Positions 41,041 to 50,795 of a stretch of DNA of 64,000 bases are shown one piece after another. How positions within the stretch are numbered: the first letter of the stretch is position 1; the number at the start of each line of letters is the position of its first letter. A program made the position numbers and the translations under genes. Below the pieces are notes generated by a model that had not been told where the DNA came from, did no database searches, and saw only the letters and a list, made by a program, of their open reading frames with translations. This DNA comes from an uncultured Chloroflexia bacterium (GTDB lineage: Bacteria; Chloroflexota; UBA6077; JACCZL01): NCBI GenBank assembly GCA_963765765.1, contig CAVXYC010000019.1, positions 288,001-352,000 on the forward strand, in the 5' to 3' direction.

Positions 41041-41743
41041 TTACAGATTCCACATATATGACGACCGATAGATCGTTATCCCGTAATCACTCCAGTACCA
41101 TGGGCTCCACATAAGCATTTGATCTAACCCGTAGAGAGCGACTTGATGTAATTCGTTATAGACATCAGGGGTAATAAAGGTGCGGTAAGTCCAAGGGCGC
41201 AAGCTGGATAACTTTGCTGCGTAATTGGCAGAGCGACCAACCCAAACTAGGTCATTCGATCCCCGCACGCCTGTCCGAGCGACCAACAAGTTACTCGTAT
41301 CGATGCCCACCGCATGGTGGACTGTGTAGCTGATGCTCGGATACTGAACCTGTAGCCACGGATTGATGATTTGCAGCACACAGTAGTTGATGATCAGGGC
41401 CGATATCACAGCCCTCGAGTTCCTATGGGGGCCAATGTAGACCGCCATAACGCGATCGCCGTCATACGCGGTTATGACACCGTCGTGCGCCTCAATGGCT
41501 TTGGCAGCGCAGCGGAGGAGGCCTTGTAAATCTCGGCGGCGAATTAGGGGAGTATTGAGTAACAAGATTGGTTGACTCAGCCAGGTCAGCGTAGAGCACA
41601 GTGCCCTCTAGGAGTACAGCCTGGTTACCGAGGAGTTGGACGTTTTCGGTATTGGGGACCTTCAGGCCATTGCGTTTGTCCCAGTTAGTTTGGAAAATCG
41701 CACGTACTTCGGCATTCAGTTCATCAGCGATGTCATTGCACAT
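41041..41743 (-). CDS. pycC: Pycsar pyrimidine cyclase PycC, probably uridylate cyclase (frameshifts near 41520-41550)
   Basis: TVLYADLAEST, AAEIYK, ITAYDGDRVMAV, VGIDTS, RTGVRGSNDLVWVGRSANYAAKL; closely resembles Burkholderia PycC as I recall it. Confidence 0.85.
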
Positions 41744-41744
41744 C

Positions 41745-42648
41745 CTATTTGACGCCGCGATCAGCAACCAGGCTCCGCAATTGGGTGAAGACGGGTCCGA
41801 TTCGAGACGCGAGCGTGTCTGGCTGCCCATCGGAGTATTCGAGTGGCGTAATCCCTAGCAGATCTGTTGGCAAGGAGAGTAGCTCTCCCCGTGGTTGCAC
41901 GATAAAAGTATGGTCCTGACCAATGGCCCCCACAAAGAGTCCCAGCTCAAAGATGACATTGTCACGGGGCACATTTACGGTCTCGCCTCGTCGCTTCAGA
42001 ATGTCGTCAGGTCCGACAATGAAGATGGCGAAGTCAGCATCCTTAGCAATTTTGATAAGACTGGGAAGGGTGTATTCCGACGCCTGGAAGACGCCATCCG
42101 TCCACAGCTGGGTGACGAAATCATCGTGAGACAAACCGAGCTGAATAGCTTGTGCAATGGTTAGGCGCTCGCTTGCGCTTCCGATGAAGATACGAGGTTT
42201 TTCGTTTGGGACGTGGATGAAGCGCCCACGTTGACGAAGTCGCGCCGAAAGTTCAACGGCTAACCGTCGCCAGACGGTTGGGTACTGCGTTGCGACCTCG
42301 GAGAGCTGAGGTTCAGTCAGTTTCGCGACGACCGTTGTCTCTAGAGTCTTAACCGTAGCGCTAGCAGCCCCCGTGGATCGATTGCCGCCATTTCTCCGAC
42401 AGGGTGCCTGCGGGTCGGATGGCTACTGGAAGCCGTGGATCTCGACTCCGACGCTGCCCGCCAGGATGAGATAGACGTCAGTTTCTGAGCTGTCCTGCTG
42501 TATGAGGGTGGTATCGGTCGGGAATTCGAGCAACTCACAAACGTCCCGACCCCTTTTGTAGCGGGCATGCTCCAAGTAGTGCTGTTTGGGAAACTAGTGC
42601 CTCAATGAGGCGGTCACGGGCTGCGGGGCCCTGGAATCGATCAATCAT
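41745..42648 (-). CDS. pycTIR: Pycsar effector PycTIR (cyclic-nucleotide-binding domain + TIR), N-terminal half broken by indels
   Basis: MIDRFQG..RDRLIEAL; QQDSSETDVYLILAG, VGEMAAIDP, SATV; KPRIFIGSASE; DFAIFIVGPDD, PRDNVIFELGLF, LPTDLLGITP. Confidence 0.85.
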
Positions 42649-42791
42649 GATCGGGTGGTGAGATCATTTCCAGAGGCAGTATACCGCTCGTGAATGTACT
42701 GTATGGCAATCGTTATTGCCTTATGCACAAGAATCAATGATGAGGTGAACCATCCAATTAGGTGCACTATACTCAATGATAGAAGCACTAA

Positions 42792-43143
42792 ATGCCAATT
42801 ATTGAAGGAGTCAATCCTGTAACAAACAAACACTTGAAGATGTCAGTTACTCAAGGAGCGCAAGGAGCTCAGGCTATTCCAGGACCTGGAGTCCCCAATG
42901 GAGGGACGATAGGTCAAGTCTTAAACAAAGCCTCCAATACAGATCTCGATACCGAGTAGGGCACATTCACCGTAGCACTGGAAAACATCCCTACAGGCAC
43001 CCCAGCTATCAACATCGGGACAGGGTCAGTTAACGACACGGGATTTGGGTTCCTGGATGGGGTTATCTTAGGTATCCAAGCCCACCTCGATGCCAAGGCC
43101 TCATCCTCCCACACCCAGGCTCACAGCTCTCTTACCCTTCCCT
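42792..43143 (+). pseudogene. Decayed phage tail-fibre/structural gene fragment
   Basis: QGAQGAQAIPGPGVPNGGTIGQVLNKASNTDLDTE* then IGTGSVNDTGFGFLDGVILGIQAHLDAKASSSHT; TAG at 42957 where Trp is expected. Confidence 0.6.
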
Positions 43144-43173
43144 CAGGGACAGCACCTGCAGGGACAGCACCTG
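43144..43173 (+). repeat. 15-bp tandem direct repeat at the island/host junction
   Basis: cagggacagcacctg x2. Confidence 0.8.
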
Positions 43174-43600
43174 CGCAACCAGGTGTTGCGCCCTCGGCCT
43201 GTACAGGCCGAGGCGATTTCCGTGGAGCCACCGCATCCAATGGGGGAGACGGCAGTGGTCCCCGATACGCCGCCTCCGACGAACTTCAGTGGGTTGATTG
43301 ACTCAGCCGTGGAGTCACCCGCGGAGCGGCTGATCGCGCAGCCAGCGGCTCAGGTGGGACCGCAGACCATACACTCGACTTCCCGAACATGCCTGGTTAC
43401 CAGAAGGCGGCGGCAATTGAACGGACCGCTCGTCAGCTCTCCGACGTGAGTAATGTGGACGTCCAGGAGTTCGAGCGAGGCCGACTCGTTCTCGAAGTTC
43501 AGATGGGTGATCCCAGCATGGCTGATCAGATGATTTCGCGCCGGCCGCGATGAACGTGGCCGATCGCTCACCGAACGCCATCACGTTCCAGCTTTCCTAG
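43174..43600 (+). pseudogene. 3' remnant of a host-like gene, frameshifted
   Basis: Pro-rich linker then TLDFPNMPGYQKAAAIERTARQLSDVSNVDVQEFERGRLVLEV...AITFQLS*; terminator follows. Confidence 0.45.
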
Positions 43601-43614
43601 TCCCGCACAACGCT

Positions 43615-43661
43615 AATGAGCACGACCCGTAGGGTTAGTTCCCGCCGGTCGTGCTCATTTT
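43615..43661 (+). terminator. Intrinsic terminator
   Basis: aatgagcacgacc ... ggtcgtgctcatttt. Confidence 0.65.
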
Positions 43662-43741
43662 GGCGTACTACGTGCTAGTGTATCTCTAGAGCGGATGCTC
43701 GGGTGCCGATCACCCACACCAGGCATAGGGATGGAAGCGCT

Positions 43742-44131
43742 ATGAGTGAAGCTGAGTCTCGAAGTAAGCCTCGTGTTCTCGTTGTGGAGGATGACCTCGA
43801 TACTCGAGATCTGTTAACCCTTATCCTCGAGGATGAGGGTTATGCGGTGAATGCACTGGGTGACGGACGAAAGGTGGTCGAGCACGTCCGTCAAAATCGG
43901 CCGGACGTCATCACGTTGGATATAGGGCTGCCTGGAATGAGTGGCTCGGCCGTCCTGGACGACCTCGAGCGAGACCCTGTGACGGCGGGCATTCCGGTGA
44001 TCGTTATCTCTGGCCATACCCGCAAGCTAGGCGAGCCTGATCGAGAGCACGCGACGCGCGTGATCGCCAAGCCATTTTACATAACGCAAGTCGTGGACGA
44101 GATCGAGCGAGTCTTAGCGCGAGCGGACTAA
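43742..44131 (+). CDS. Single-domain response regulator (receiver only)
   Basis: VLVVEDD, PDVITLDIGLPGMSG, IPVIVISG, KPF. Confidence 0.9.
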   Translation: MSEAESRSKPRVLVVEDDLDTRDLLTLILEDEGYAVNALGDGRKVVEHVRQNRPDVITLDIGLPGMSGSAVLDDLERDPVTAGIPVIVISGHTRKLGEPDREHATRVIAKPFYITQVVDEIERVLARAD

Positions 44132-44140
44132 AGAGACTTC

Positions 44141-44209
44141 GGTGGGACAGGCATCTTGCCTGTCCAGTTCGACGCGTTCGGTGACGGAAGGCGAGACGCC
44201 TGTCCCACC
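44141..44209. repeat. REP-like palindrome between convergent genes
   Basis: ggtgggacaggcatcttgcctgtcc ... ggaaggcgagacgcctgtcccacc. Confidence 0.7.
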
Positions 44210-44215
44210 GTACAT

Positions 44216-45421
44216 CTAGATCACGTGTTCATCGCGAAGGTTCCTGATCTCGGCATCATCCATCCCGAGCTCGCTCCGAAGAATCTCCTCCGTATGCTCG
44301 CCAAGTAATGGAGGGGCGGTGCGACCGGTTGCGGGGGTTCTGTCCAATTTGTACGGCACCCCAGGAACTTCCAGGTCGCCGATAGTCGGATGGGGTAAGT
44401 GCATGCGCATCTGGCGGTGCAATACTTGAGGGTGGTTGAAGACCTGGTCCACACCAAGGATGGGCGCTGCCATAACCCCGGCAGCCAGTAGCCGCTGAAC
44501 CCAATCTTCGGAATCACGCGTCAAGAATGCCATCTGCAGGGCGGGGATCAGGTCGGTACGATTGACGACTCGGTCAGGATTCGTGCGGAATCGTGGGTCA
44601 AACGCGAGTTCTGGTAGACCAAGAACGGCACATAGATCAGCGAACTGACGATCATTGCCCGCGCCCGCAATGACGGCGCCGTCTCGAGTCGTGAAAAGCT
44701 GGTATGGCACCAGGTTGGGATGCGCATTCCCAAATCGCTCGGGCGGCTCCCCAGTCATCATGTATCCCGTGCCCACGTTGATCAAGAGGGCCACGATCGA
44801 TTCAAAGAGCGAGCACTCGACATGCTGGCCCTGGCCCGTGCGATCTCGATGGTGCAATGCTCCGAGCACCGCGGAACAGGCAAACATTCCGGTGGTGAGA
44901 TCGGCGAGCGGGAGTCCGGCCTTGAGCGGCTCACCATGGGGCGTGCCGGTGAGGCTCATGAGTCCACCCATCGCCTGCGCGGCGATGTCATATCCTGGCC
45001 TGTCGGAGTACGGGCCGTCAGCACCGAAACCGCTGATGGAGCAGAAGATCAACTCCGGCTGCCACTCGCGCACGGCGTTGTACCCGAACCCCAGCCGATC
45101 CAAAGTCCCTTGCTTAAAATTTTCGATGAGAATGTCGGTTTTGCCGATCAGGCTTCGTAGGATGGCTTGACCACGTGGCTCCTTGAGGTTGAGCGTGATG
45201 CTGCGCTTATTGCGATTGACCGAAAGGTAATAGGCGCTTTCACCACCTGCGAACGGCGGGCCCCATCTGCGGGTGTCATCCCCCGTCCCTGGCTGCTCGA
45301 CCTTGATCACGTCGGCGCCCATATCGCCCAGCATCATCGCGCAGTAAGGGCCGGCCAGAACGCGCGAGAGATCGAGAACGCGGATATTTCGGAGCGGTCC
45401 TTTGGCGTGCGGGTTTTCCAT
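44216..45421 (-). CDS. CaiB/BaiF family III CoA transferase
   Basis: [44 protein letters not shown]. Confidence 0.93.
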   Translation of the reverse strand: MENPHAKGPLRNIRVLDLSRVLAGPYCAMMLGDMGADVIKVEQPGTGDDTRRWGPPFAGGESAYYLSVNRNKRSITLNLKEPRGQAILRSLIGKTDILIENFKQGTLDRLGFGYNAVREWQPELIFCSISGFGADGPYSDRPGYDIAAQAMGGLMSLTGTPHGEPLKAGLPLADLTTGMFACSAVLGALHHRDRTGQGQHVECSLFESIVALLINVGTGYMMTGEPPERFGNAHPNLVPYQLFTTRDGAVIAGAGNDRQFADLCAVLGLPELAFDPRFRTNPDRVVNRTDLIPALQMAFLTRDSEDWVQRLLAAGVMAAPILGVDQVFNHPQVLHRQMRMHLPHPTIGDLEVPGVPYKLDRTPATGRTAPPLLGEHTEEILRSELGMDDAEIRNLRDEHVI

Positions 45422-45616
45422 GGCGGTCGGATTCTATGCCATGGTGGCACATGCATGGGCTTGGGCCCGCCGACATCCTGTCGGCCCGGCCCCCGAGGGC
45501 CGCCGGAGAGCACCCGAATATCGGTGGCTGATGATATCGCGGGAGACGCCTTGATCGACCGGGCCCACAGGATATCGGTGGTCGCATGCTGGTACGCTCA
45601 ACCTGCTGGAGGGCAC

Positions 45617-45946
45617 ATGCGGCTGACACCCCGTGAGACCGACCGCTTGACGATGTTCACCCTTGCCGAGCTGGCGCGACGCCATCGCGCGCGGGGCATC
45701 AAGCTCAATCATCCCGAGAGCATCGCCTTGATTTGTGATGAGATGCTGGAAGAAGCGCGCGCAGGCCGATCGTATAGCGAGGTATTAGCGCATGGACGCT
45801 CTGTTCTCCGTCGCGCTGACGTCATGGACGGTGTGCCTGAGATGATTCCTACGCTTCAAGTGGAAGCAATGTTCATTGATGGAACAAAGCTCTTAACGCT
45901 TCATCAGCCGATTGGCGATGCCCGAGCCGACAATGATTCCAGGTGA
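45617..45946 (+). CDS. ureA: Urease subunit gamma
   Basis: RBS GGAGG; [45 protein letters not shown]. Confidence 0.92.
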   Translation: MRLTPRETDRLTMFTLAELARRHRARGIKLNHPESIALICDEMLEEARAGRSYSEVLAHGRSVLRRADVMDGVPEMIPTLQVEAMFIDGTKLLTLHQPIGDARADNDSR

Positions 45947-46304
45947 GGTGATATTCGGTTCGAAGGCCATTGAGTGCAACTCCGGCCTGAAACCATCGAG
46001 CTCGAGGCGACCAACCAGCTCGCGGTGGCCTATCCAGGTGTGCTCCGCATTACCACTTCTTCGAGGTGAATAGGCGGTTGCTGTTCGATCGCGCGAAGAC
46101 TTTCGGTTTGCGCGCTGGACGTGGTCGCAGGCGGCGGGGTGCGGTCGGAAGGCCGGGGAGACGAAGAGGGTACGACTCGTGCCGCTCCGCGGAGCTCGCG
46201 AAGCATGGGGGTTTAACGGTCTTGCATCTGGTCCCACGACCGCAGAGCGCCTTCCCGAGGCGCTCGATCGTGCCCGCGAGCGGGGCTTCTTGAGCGAGCT
46301 CTGA
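45933..46304 (+). CDS. ureB: Urease subunit beta (multiple frameshifts)
   Basis: [48 protein letters not shown]. Confidence 0.8.
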
Positions 46305-46305
46305 C

Positions 46306-47994
46306 ATGCCATTCGAGATGGATCGGGGACTCTACCAGGGGTTGTATGGACCAACCGCCGGAGATCGCATTCGGCTGGCCGATACGAACTTGATGATCGA
46401 GATCGAGCGCGATGACGCCTCGTATGGCGACGAAGTCCTCGCCGGGTTCGGCAAGACGCAGCGAGATGGCATGCTAGCTACAAGTCGTGGCGGTCACGAT
46501 AGCGAGCTGGATCTGCTCATCAGCAACGTCGTGGTGCTCGATCCCGTGCTCGGGGTGCGGAAGACATCTATCGGGATCAAGGACGGACGGATCGTAGGAC
46601 TGGGGCGGGCGGGGAATCCGGACAACGTCGACGCAATCGATCTGATTGTCGGCTCGAACACCGGGCTCATTACGGCGGAAGGGCTCATTGCTACGGCTGG
46701 GACTGTGGACAGTCACGTGCATGTGGCCAGCACCAGTTTGATCGATGCCGCGCTTTCCGCAGGCACAACCACCCTCGTGGGCATGGGTTACGGGGGTGTG
46801 TGGGACCAGGGAGTCATGCCAGAACGAAATCTGGCCATGCTCCTGGCAGCATTCGAAAGTATTCCCATCAATGTCGCGCTCCTCGCGCGCGGCAGTAGCG
46901 TGGATCCTGGTGCCCTGGAACGAAATGTCCTCTCGGGCTGTGCTGGGTTCAAGATCCATGAGGATGTGGCCGGCTTCCCGGACGTTATCGACAATGCGCT
47001 CACGATTGCGGATCGATTCGATATCCCCGTGGCGCTGCACACCGACGGTCTGAACGAGTCGGGTGAGCTGTCTGACACGCTGGCGGCGATCAACGGACGC
47101 GCGGTGCATGCGTATCACGTGGAGGGCGCGGGCGGGGGACATCCGAATTTGCTGGAGATCGTGGGGGAGCCGCACATCCTGCCCTCTTCAACGACCCCGA
47201 CCGTGCCCTACACCGTGAGCACGGTCGCTGAGCACTTCGACATGATCATGACGGTGCATCGCCTGAGCAGGCTGCTCGACGAGGACGTTGCCGCTGTCCA
47301 GGCGCGCGTGCGGAGCGGAACCATCGCCGCGGAGAGCTTGCTGCACGATCTCGGCGCGATCAGCATCATGTCATCGGACTCACAAGGCATGGGACGCATC
47401 GGTGAGGTGGTGACGCGCACCTGGCAGACGGCGCATCGGATGAAGGAGCTGCGCGGTGGCGATGGCGAGCACGATAACGCGCGGGTGCTGCGCTATCTGG
47501 CGAAGTACACGCTCAATCCCGCCCGCGTACATGGGCTGGAGCGGCATGTCGGCTCGCTGGAGTCCGGGAAACTTGCGGACATCGTCCTGTGGCACCCAGC
47601 CTTCTTCGGCGTCAAGCCTCAGCTCGTGCTGAAGAGCGGCTTCGTTGCCTGGGGCTTCGTGGGTGATGGCAACGCGGCGATTCGCGTTGCCGAGCCGCTG
47701 ATCTATCGCCCGATGTTCGGCGCGCTCGGCCGAGCACCTGCCGAGCTCAGTGTGGCGTTCACCTCGCAGGCAGCGCTGGATTCGGGTTTACGCCGACGCC
47801 TGAACCTGACCAGGCAACTCGTCCCGTTGGGGCCGACCCGCGGCATTCGTAAATCGGACCTTGTGTTCAATGATGCGCTGCCGAACGTCGAAGTCGACCC
47901 GCGGTCGCCGCATCAGGTGACTGTCGATGGCGCGCTTGTGGATGTGCCGCCGGCCTCCGAGCTGCCAATGACGCAGAGGTATTTTGCTCTCTAA
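46306..47994 (+). CDS. ureC: Urease subunit alpha, divergent active-site surroundings
   Basis: YGPTAGDRIRLADT, DSHVH, FKIHED, LHTD, HVEGAGGGH, SSDSQ, GKLADIVLW, LPMTQRYF. Confidence 0.9.
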   Translation: MPFEMDRGLYQGLYGPTAGDRIRLADTNLMIEIERDDASYGDEVLAGFGKTQRDGMLATSRGGHDSELDLLISNVVVLDPVLGVRKTSIGIKDGRIVGLGRAGNPDNVDAIDLIVGSNTGLITAEGLIATAGTVDSHVHVASTSLIDAALSAGTTTLVGMGYGGVWDQGVMPERNLAMLLAAFESIPINVALLARGSSVDPGALERNVLSGCAGFKIHEDVAGFPDVIDNALTIADRFDIPVALHTDGLNESGELSDTLAAINGRAVHAYHVEGAGGGHPNLLEIVGEPHILPSSTTPTVPYTVSTVAEHFDMIMTVHRLSRLLDEDVAAVQARVRSGTIAAESLLHDLGAISIMSSDSQGMGRIGEVVTRTWQTAHRMKELRGGDGEHDNARVLRYLAKYTLNPARVHGLERHVGSLESGKLADIVLWHPAFFGVKPQLVLKSGFVAWGFVGDGNAAIRVAEPLIYRPMFGALGRAPAELSVAFTSQAALDSGLRRRLNLTRQLVPLGPTRGIRKSDLVFNDALPNVEVDPRSPHQVTVDGALVDVPPASELPMTQRYFAL

Positions 47995-48151
47995 GCGGGA
48001 ATTTCGCTTGAGCGGTCGGGCTGCGACTTCAAGGCTCGTAGTGGGTGCTATAGGATATGGCCTCCGGGTGACGCGCACCACCGCGCCGGAGACCACCGCG
48101 CTACGGAGGCCGTCTCACATGCGATCTCGGCCGGGTGCTGGCCATACCGTG

Positions 48152-48586
48152 TTACTCGGGCAGGTCGATGCTGCCGTCGTCGCGTAATGGAAAGCCAGGA
48201 TTCCAGGCGACCTCCCACAACACGCCCTCAGGGTCGGCGAAGTAGCCGGCATAGCCACCCCAATCCTTCGTAACGCCGGGGCGGACGATCCTTCCCCCAG
48301 CGTTCTGGGCCGCAAGCAGCACCTCGTCCACTTCGTCGCGCGTCCGGACGTTGTGGGCGAGAGAGAAACCTGAAAAGCCGGTCCCCTCGGACGGGATTCC
48401 GACGTCTTTGGCCAGCTCCTCGCGCAACCAGAGAGCGACGATACAGCCGTCGGTATGGAAAAACGCGACTTCTCCCGTTTCTTCGCCAACGGATGAGCGC
48501 TTCCAGCCCATTCCGTCTCGGTAAAACCGAACAGCCCGATCGAGATCACGGACTCCGAGCGTGATGAGAGTTACACGTGGCTCCAT
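48152..48586 (-). CDS. VOC/glyoxalase family protein
   Basis: RVTLITLGVRDL, SLAHNV, WGGYAGYFADPEGVLWEVAWNP. Confidence 0.9.
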   Translation of the reverse strand: MEPRVTLITLGVRDLDRAVRFYRDGMGWKRSSVGEETGEVAFFHTDGCIVALWLREELAKDVGIPSEGTGFSGFSLAHNVRTRDEVDEVLLAAQNAGGRIVRPGVTKDWGGYAGYFADPEGVLWEVAWNPGFPLRDDGSIDLPE

Positions 48587-48694
48587 TGCAGCTCCAATTC
48601 TGGGTTACACAAGGAAGGGCCGTGGGCATTCCACTGGATCAGTCACGATCCGGCGGGACGCTCACGGCCCCAACTCAGTGCTAAATGACCTTAT

Positions 48695-49855
48695 TTAGCT
48701 CATCTTGCCTCGTTCGCCGAGATCGCCGGGGCCCTCGTCAGAGGTGCACCACGGTACGAGGCCCTTCATGGTGCACTTTGCGCCATGGGCCGCTAGCTCT
48801 GACTCGAACATCTCGTGAATGCGGCGCTCCTCGTCGGTGTACTCGATCTGGTTGCCGCCTTCCTTCACGCTCACATCGCCCTTATCCCCCTGCCACGCTG
48901 CCATAGGCTGATAGCGCCGACCGCCGAACTTCAGCGCCAGGTACGCAGCCGGCTCGTTGCCGGTGTTGAAGTGCTGATGGAAGCAGTTGTTGGGTGGAAC
49001 GATGACGCTGTTGCGCTTCCAATCGCACTTTATCTGCTCATCGCCCTCGTTGAACCAGAGCGTGGAGTAGCCCGTTCCGTACAGGATGATGACGTGCGCG
49101 CCCGGGCCATGGCGATGACCCTTCTTGTACGTCCCCACGGGGAATTCAGAGATGTGCGGGGCGGAGGTGTTGTTGGAGAGCTCGATCATGACGTTTCGGC
49201 CATTGGCGCCGCGCTCTTTCCAGGAGTGCAGGTCAATGGTGCGCACGTCGGGGATGAAGTTGGTGTCCCAGACCTTGTTTCGCGCGCGACGGAACAACTT
49301 GCCATCGCCGTTGAAGAACCCGAACTCGCCGGTGAAGCGATCCTTGAACTGGAATGGGTTCCTGAAGACGAAGTCGTCATTGTGGAACAGGCTCATGATC
49401 GTCGGCGCTGTGGTCACCGAGATGAGCCGCGCGGGACGCAGGCCGCTGCCGTTGAAGAACTGATAGGACGCATTGAGCGGAATGGCGAAGAGTGCGCCGG
49501 TGCCCCACTCAAACGTTTGTTTCTCATTCTCGTTGTACCAGACCGAGGTGGACCCCGAACCCGCCACGACGTACACGAGTGCCTCGTACATATGGCTGAC
49601 AGGGTTGGTAGACGCCCCTGCTGGCAGCTCAATCACGTGCAGGTCATTAACGCCGCCGCATCCTTCGAGGTTTACGAAGGAGCCCAGCACGCCATAGCGA
49701 GCCCAGGGCTTGACATCAACGGTGCCCAGGTCTTCAACGTAGTAGCCGCCGACGCTCGGAATTCCCTCGCCCGCTTGCCAGGCCTGATACGGCTGAACAA
49801 TCTTGAGCTCTTCCAGCTCCTCGTTGGTGGTGTTCGCTTTGATCTCAGTTGCCAT
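48695..49855 (-). CDS. Bicupin protein (gentisate 1,2-dioxygenase-like superfamily)
   Basis: RBS AGGAGG; HMYEALVYV...LFAIPLN and YKKGHRHGPGAH...PPNNCFHQHFN. Confidence 0.75.
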   Translation of the reverse strand: MATEIKANTTNEELEELKIVQPYQAWQAGEGIPSVGGYYVEDLGTVDVKPWARYGVLGSFVNLEGCGGVNDLHVIELPAGASTNPVSHMYEALVYVVAGSGSTSVWYNENEKQTFEWGTGALFAIPLNASYQFFNGSGLRPARLISVTTAPTIMSLFHNDDFVFRNPFQFKDRFTGEFGFFNGDGKLFRRARNKVWDTNFIPDVRTIDLHSWKERGANGRNVMIELSNNTSAPHISEFPVGTYKKGHRHGPGAHVIILYGTGYSTLWFNEGDEQIKCDWKRNSVIVPPNNCFHQHFNTGNEPAAYLALKFGGRRYQPMAAWQGDKGDVSVKEGGNQIEYTDEERRIHEMFESELAAHGAKCTMKGLVPWCTSDEGPGDLGERGKMS

Positions 49856-50045
49856 AAAACGCGTCCTCCTGTGGTCGCTCATCATCGAGATGCTGAGTGC
49901 CGCGCTGGTAATGCACTCGATAGTACCATTGCCCGGCAATTTCTCGTGAGGAGCGTCGGATACATGCCAGACAAGTCGCTCTGGACGCAAATCCCTGGTT
50001 GCAGTAGCTTGGAATGTGACATCGAACACGGAGGAGAGCCACCTC

Positions 50046-50730
50046 ATGCCAAAGCCAGGCAATCGCGTCCGCCTCACCATTCAGCGGCCGTCGGGGCACC
50101 TCCTGGACCAGTTCCGGTATTCATCGCCGCCCGGCGTTGGCGGATGCCATGTATCGCACTGGTTGTATGCGTGATATCAAAACAATTTACACACCGGTGA
50201 AGCGAGTTGTAGGGAGCGCTATCACGGTCAAGGCGCCTACCGGGGATTCGCTGATGGTGCGCAAGGCGCTCGAGATCGCCCACCGCGGAGACGTCATCGT
50301 GGTAGACGCTCGTGGGGACACCACGCGCGCTCTGTGGGGCGGCAATCGCAACCGGCTCGCGGCAAGCAAAGGCGTACTGGGGCTGGTTATTGATGGAGCT
50401 GTACGCGATGTCGAAGAGGCTCGATTGGCCGACTTTCCTATTTTCGCTCGAGGGATTCAGCCCATGGCCAGTGCCTCTATCGGCCCCGGTGAGGTGAATT
50501 TCCCAATCGCCTGCGGCGGGGTCGTCGTGAATCCGGGCGACATCATCGTGGCCGACGAGGAAGGTATTGCTGTGATCTCTCCAGCGGACGCCGATGTTGT
50601 ACTGGCACAAATTGAGAAAGTCACCGAACGTGACGAAGCGTGGGTCTCCGCGATCAACGAGGGAACTGGCTCACAGCTTGAAGAGGTGGATCGCCTGCTC
50701 GAGTATGCCGGGAGCGAGATCGTTTCGTAG
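50046..50730 (+). CDS. RraA/HMG-aldolase family protein (frameshift near 50130)
   Basis: RBS GAGGAG; ADAM, GSAITV, GDVIVVD, ALWGG, GLVIDGAVRD, VNPGDIIVADEEG. Confidence 0.85.
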
Positions 50731-50754
50731 GTTTTCCTGTAACTCAGTCCAACG

Positions 50755-50788
50755 GCATGGAGTGGCGCTCCTAGCGCCACTACATGCC
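50755..50788. terminator. Hairpin between convergent genes
   Basis: ggcatggagtggcgct-cct-agcgccactacatgcc. Confidence 0.55.
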
Positions 50789-50795
50789 TTGGAAG

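Noticed and set aside
42957-42959. TAG as evidence of a stop-recoded (TAG=Gln) phage
   Set aside because: A single instance at a position where Trp (TGG) is expected; a point mutation is simpler
45421-45617. Guanidine or nickel riboswitch upstream of ureA
   Set aside because: No recognisable consensus; the structure is explained by a REP-like palindrome also found at 61678
48815-50200. Long plus-strand 461-aa ORF and similar long antisense ORFs (e.g. 33994, 46474, 60605)
   Set aside because: Shadows of real genes on the opposite strand, caused by high GC3
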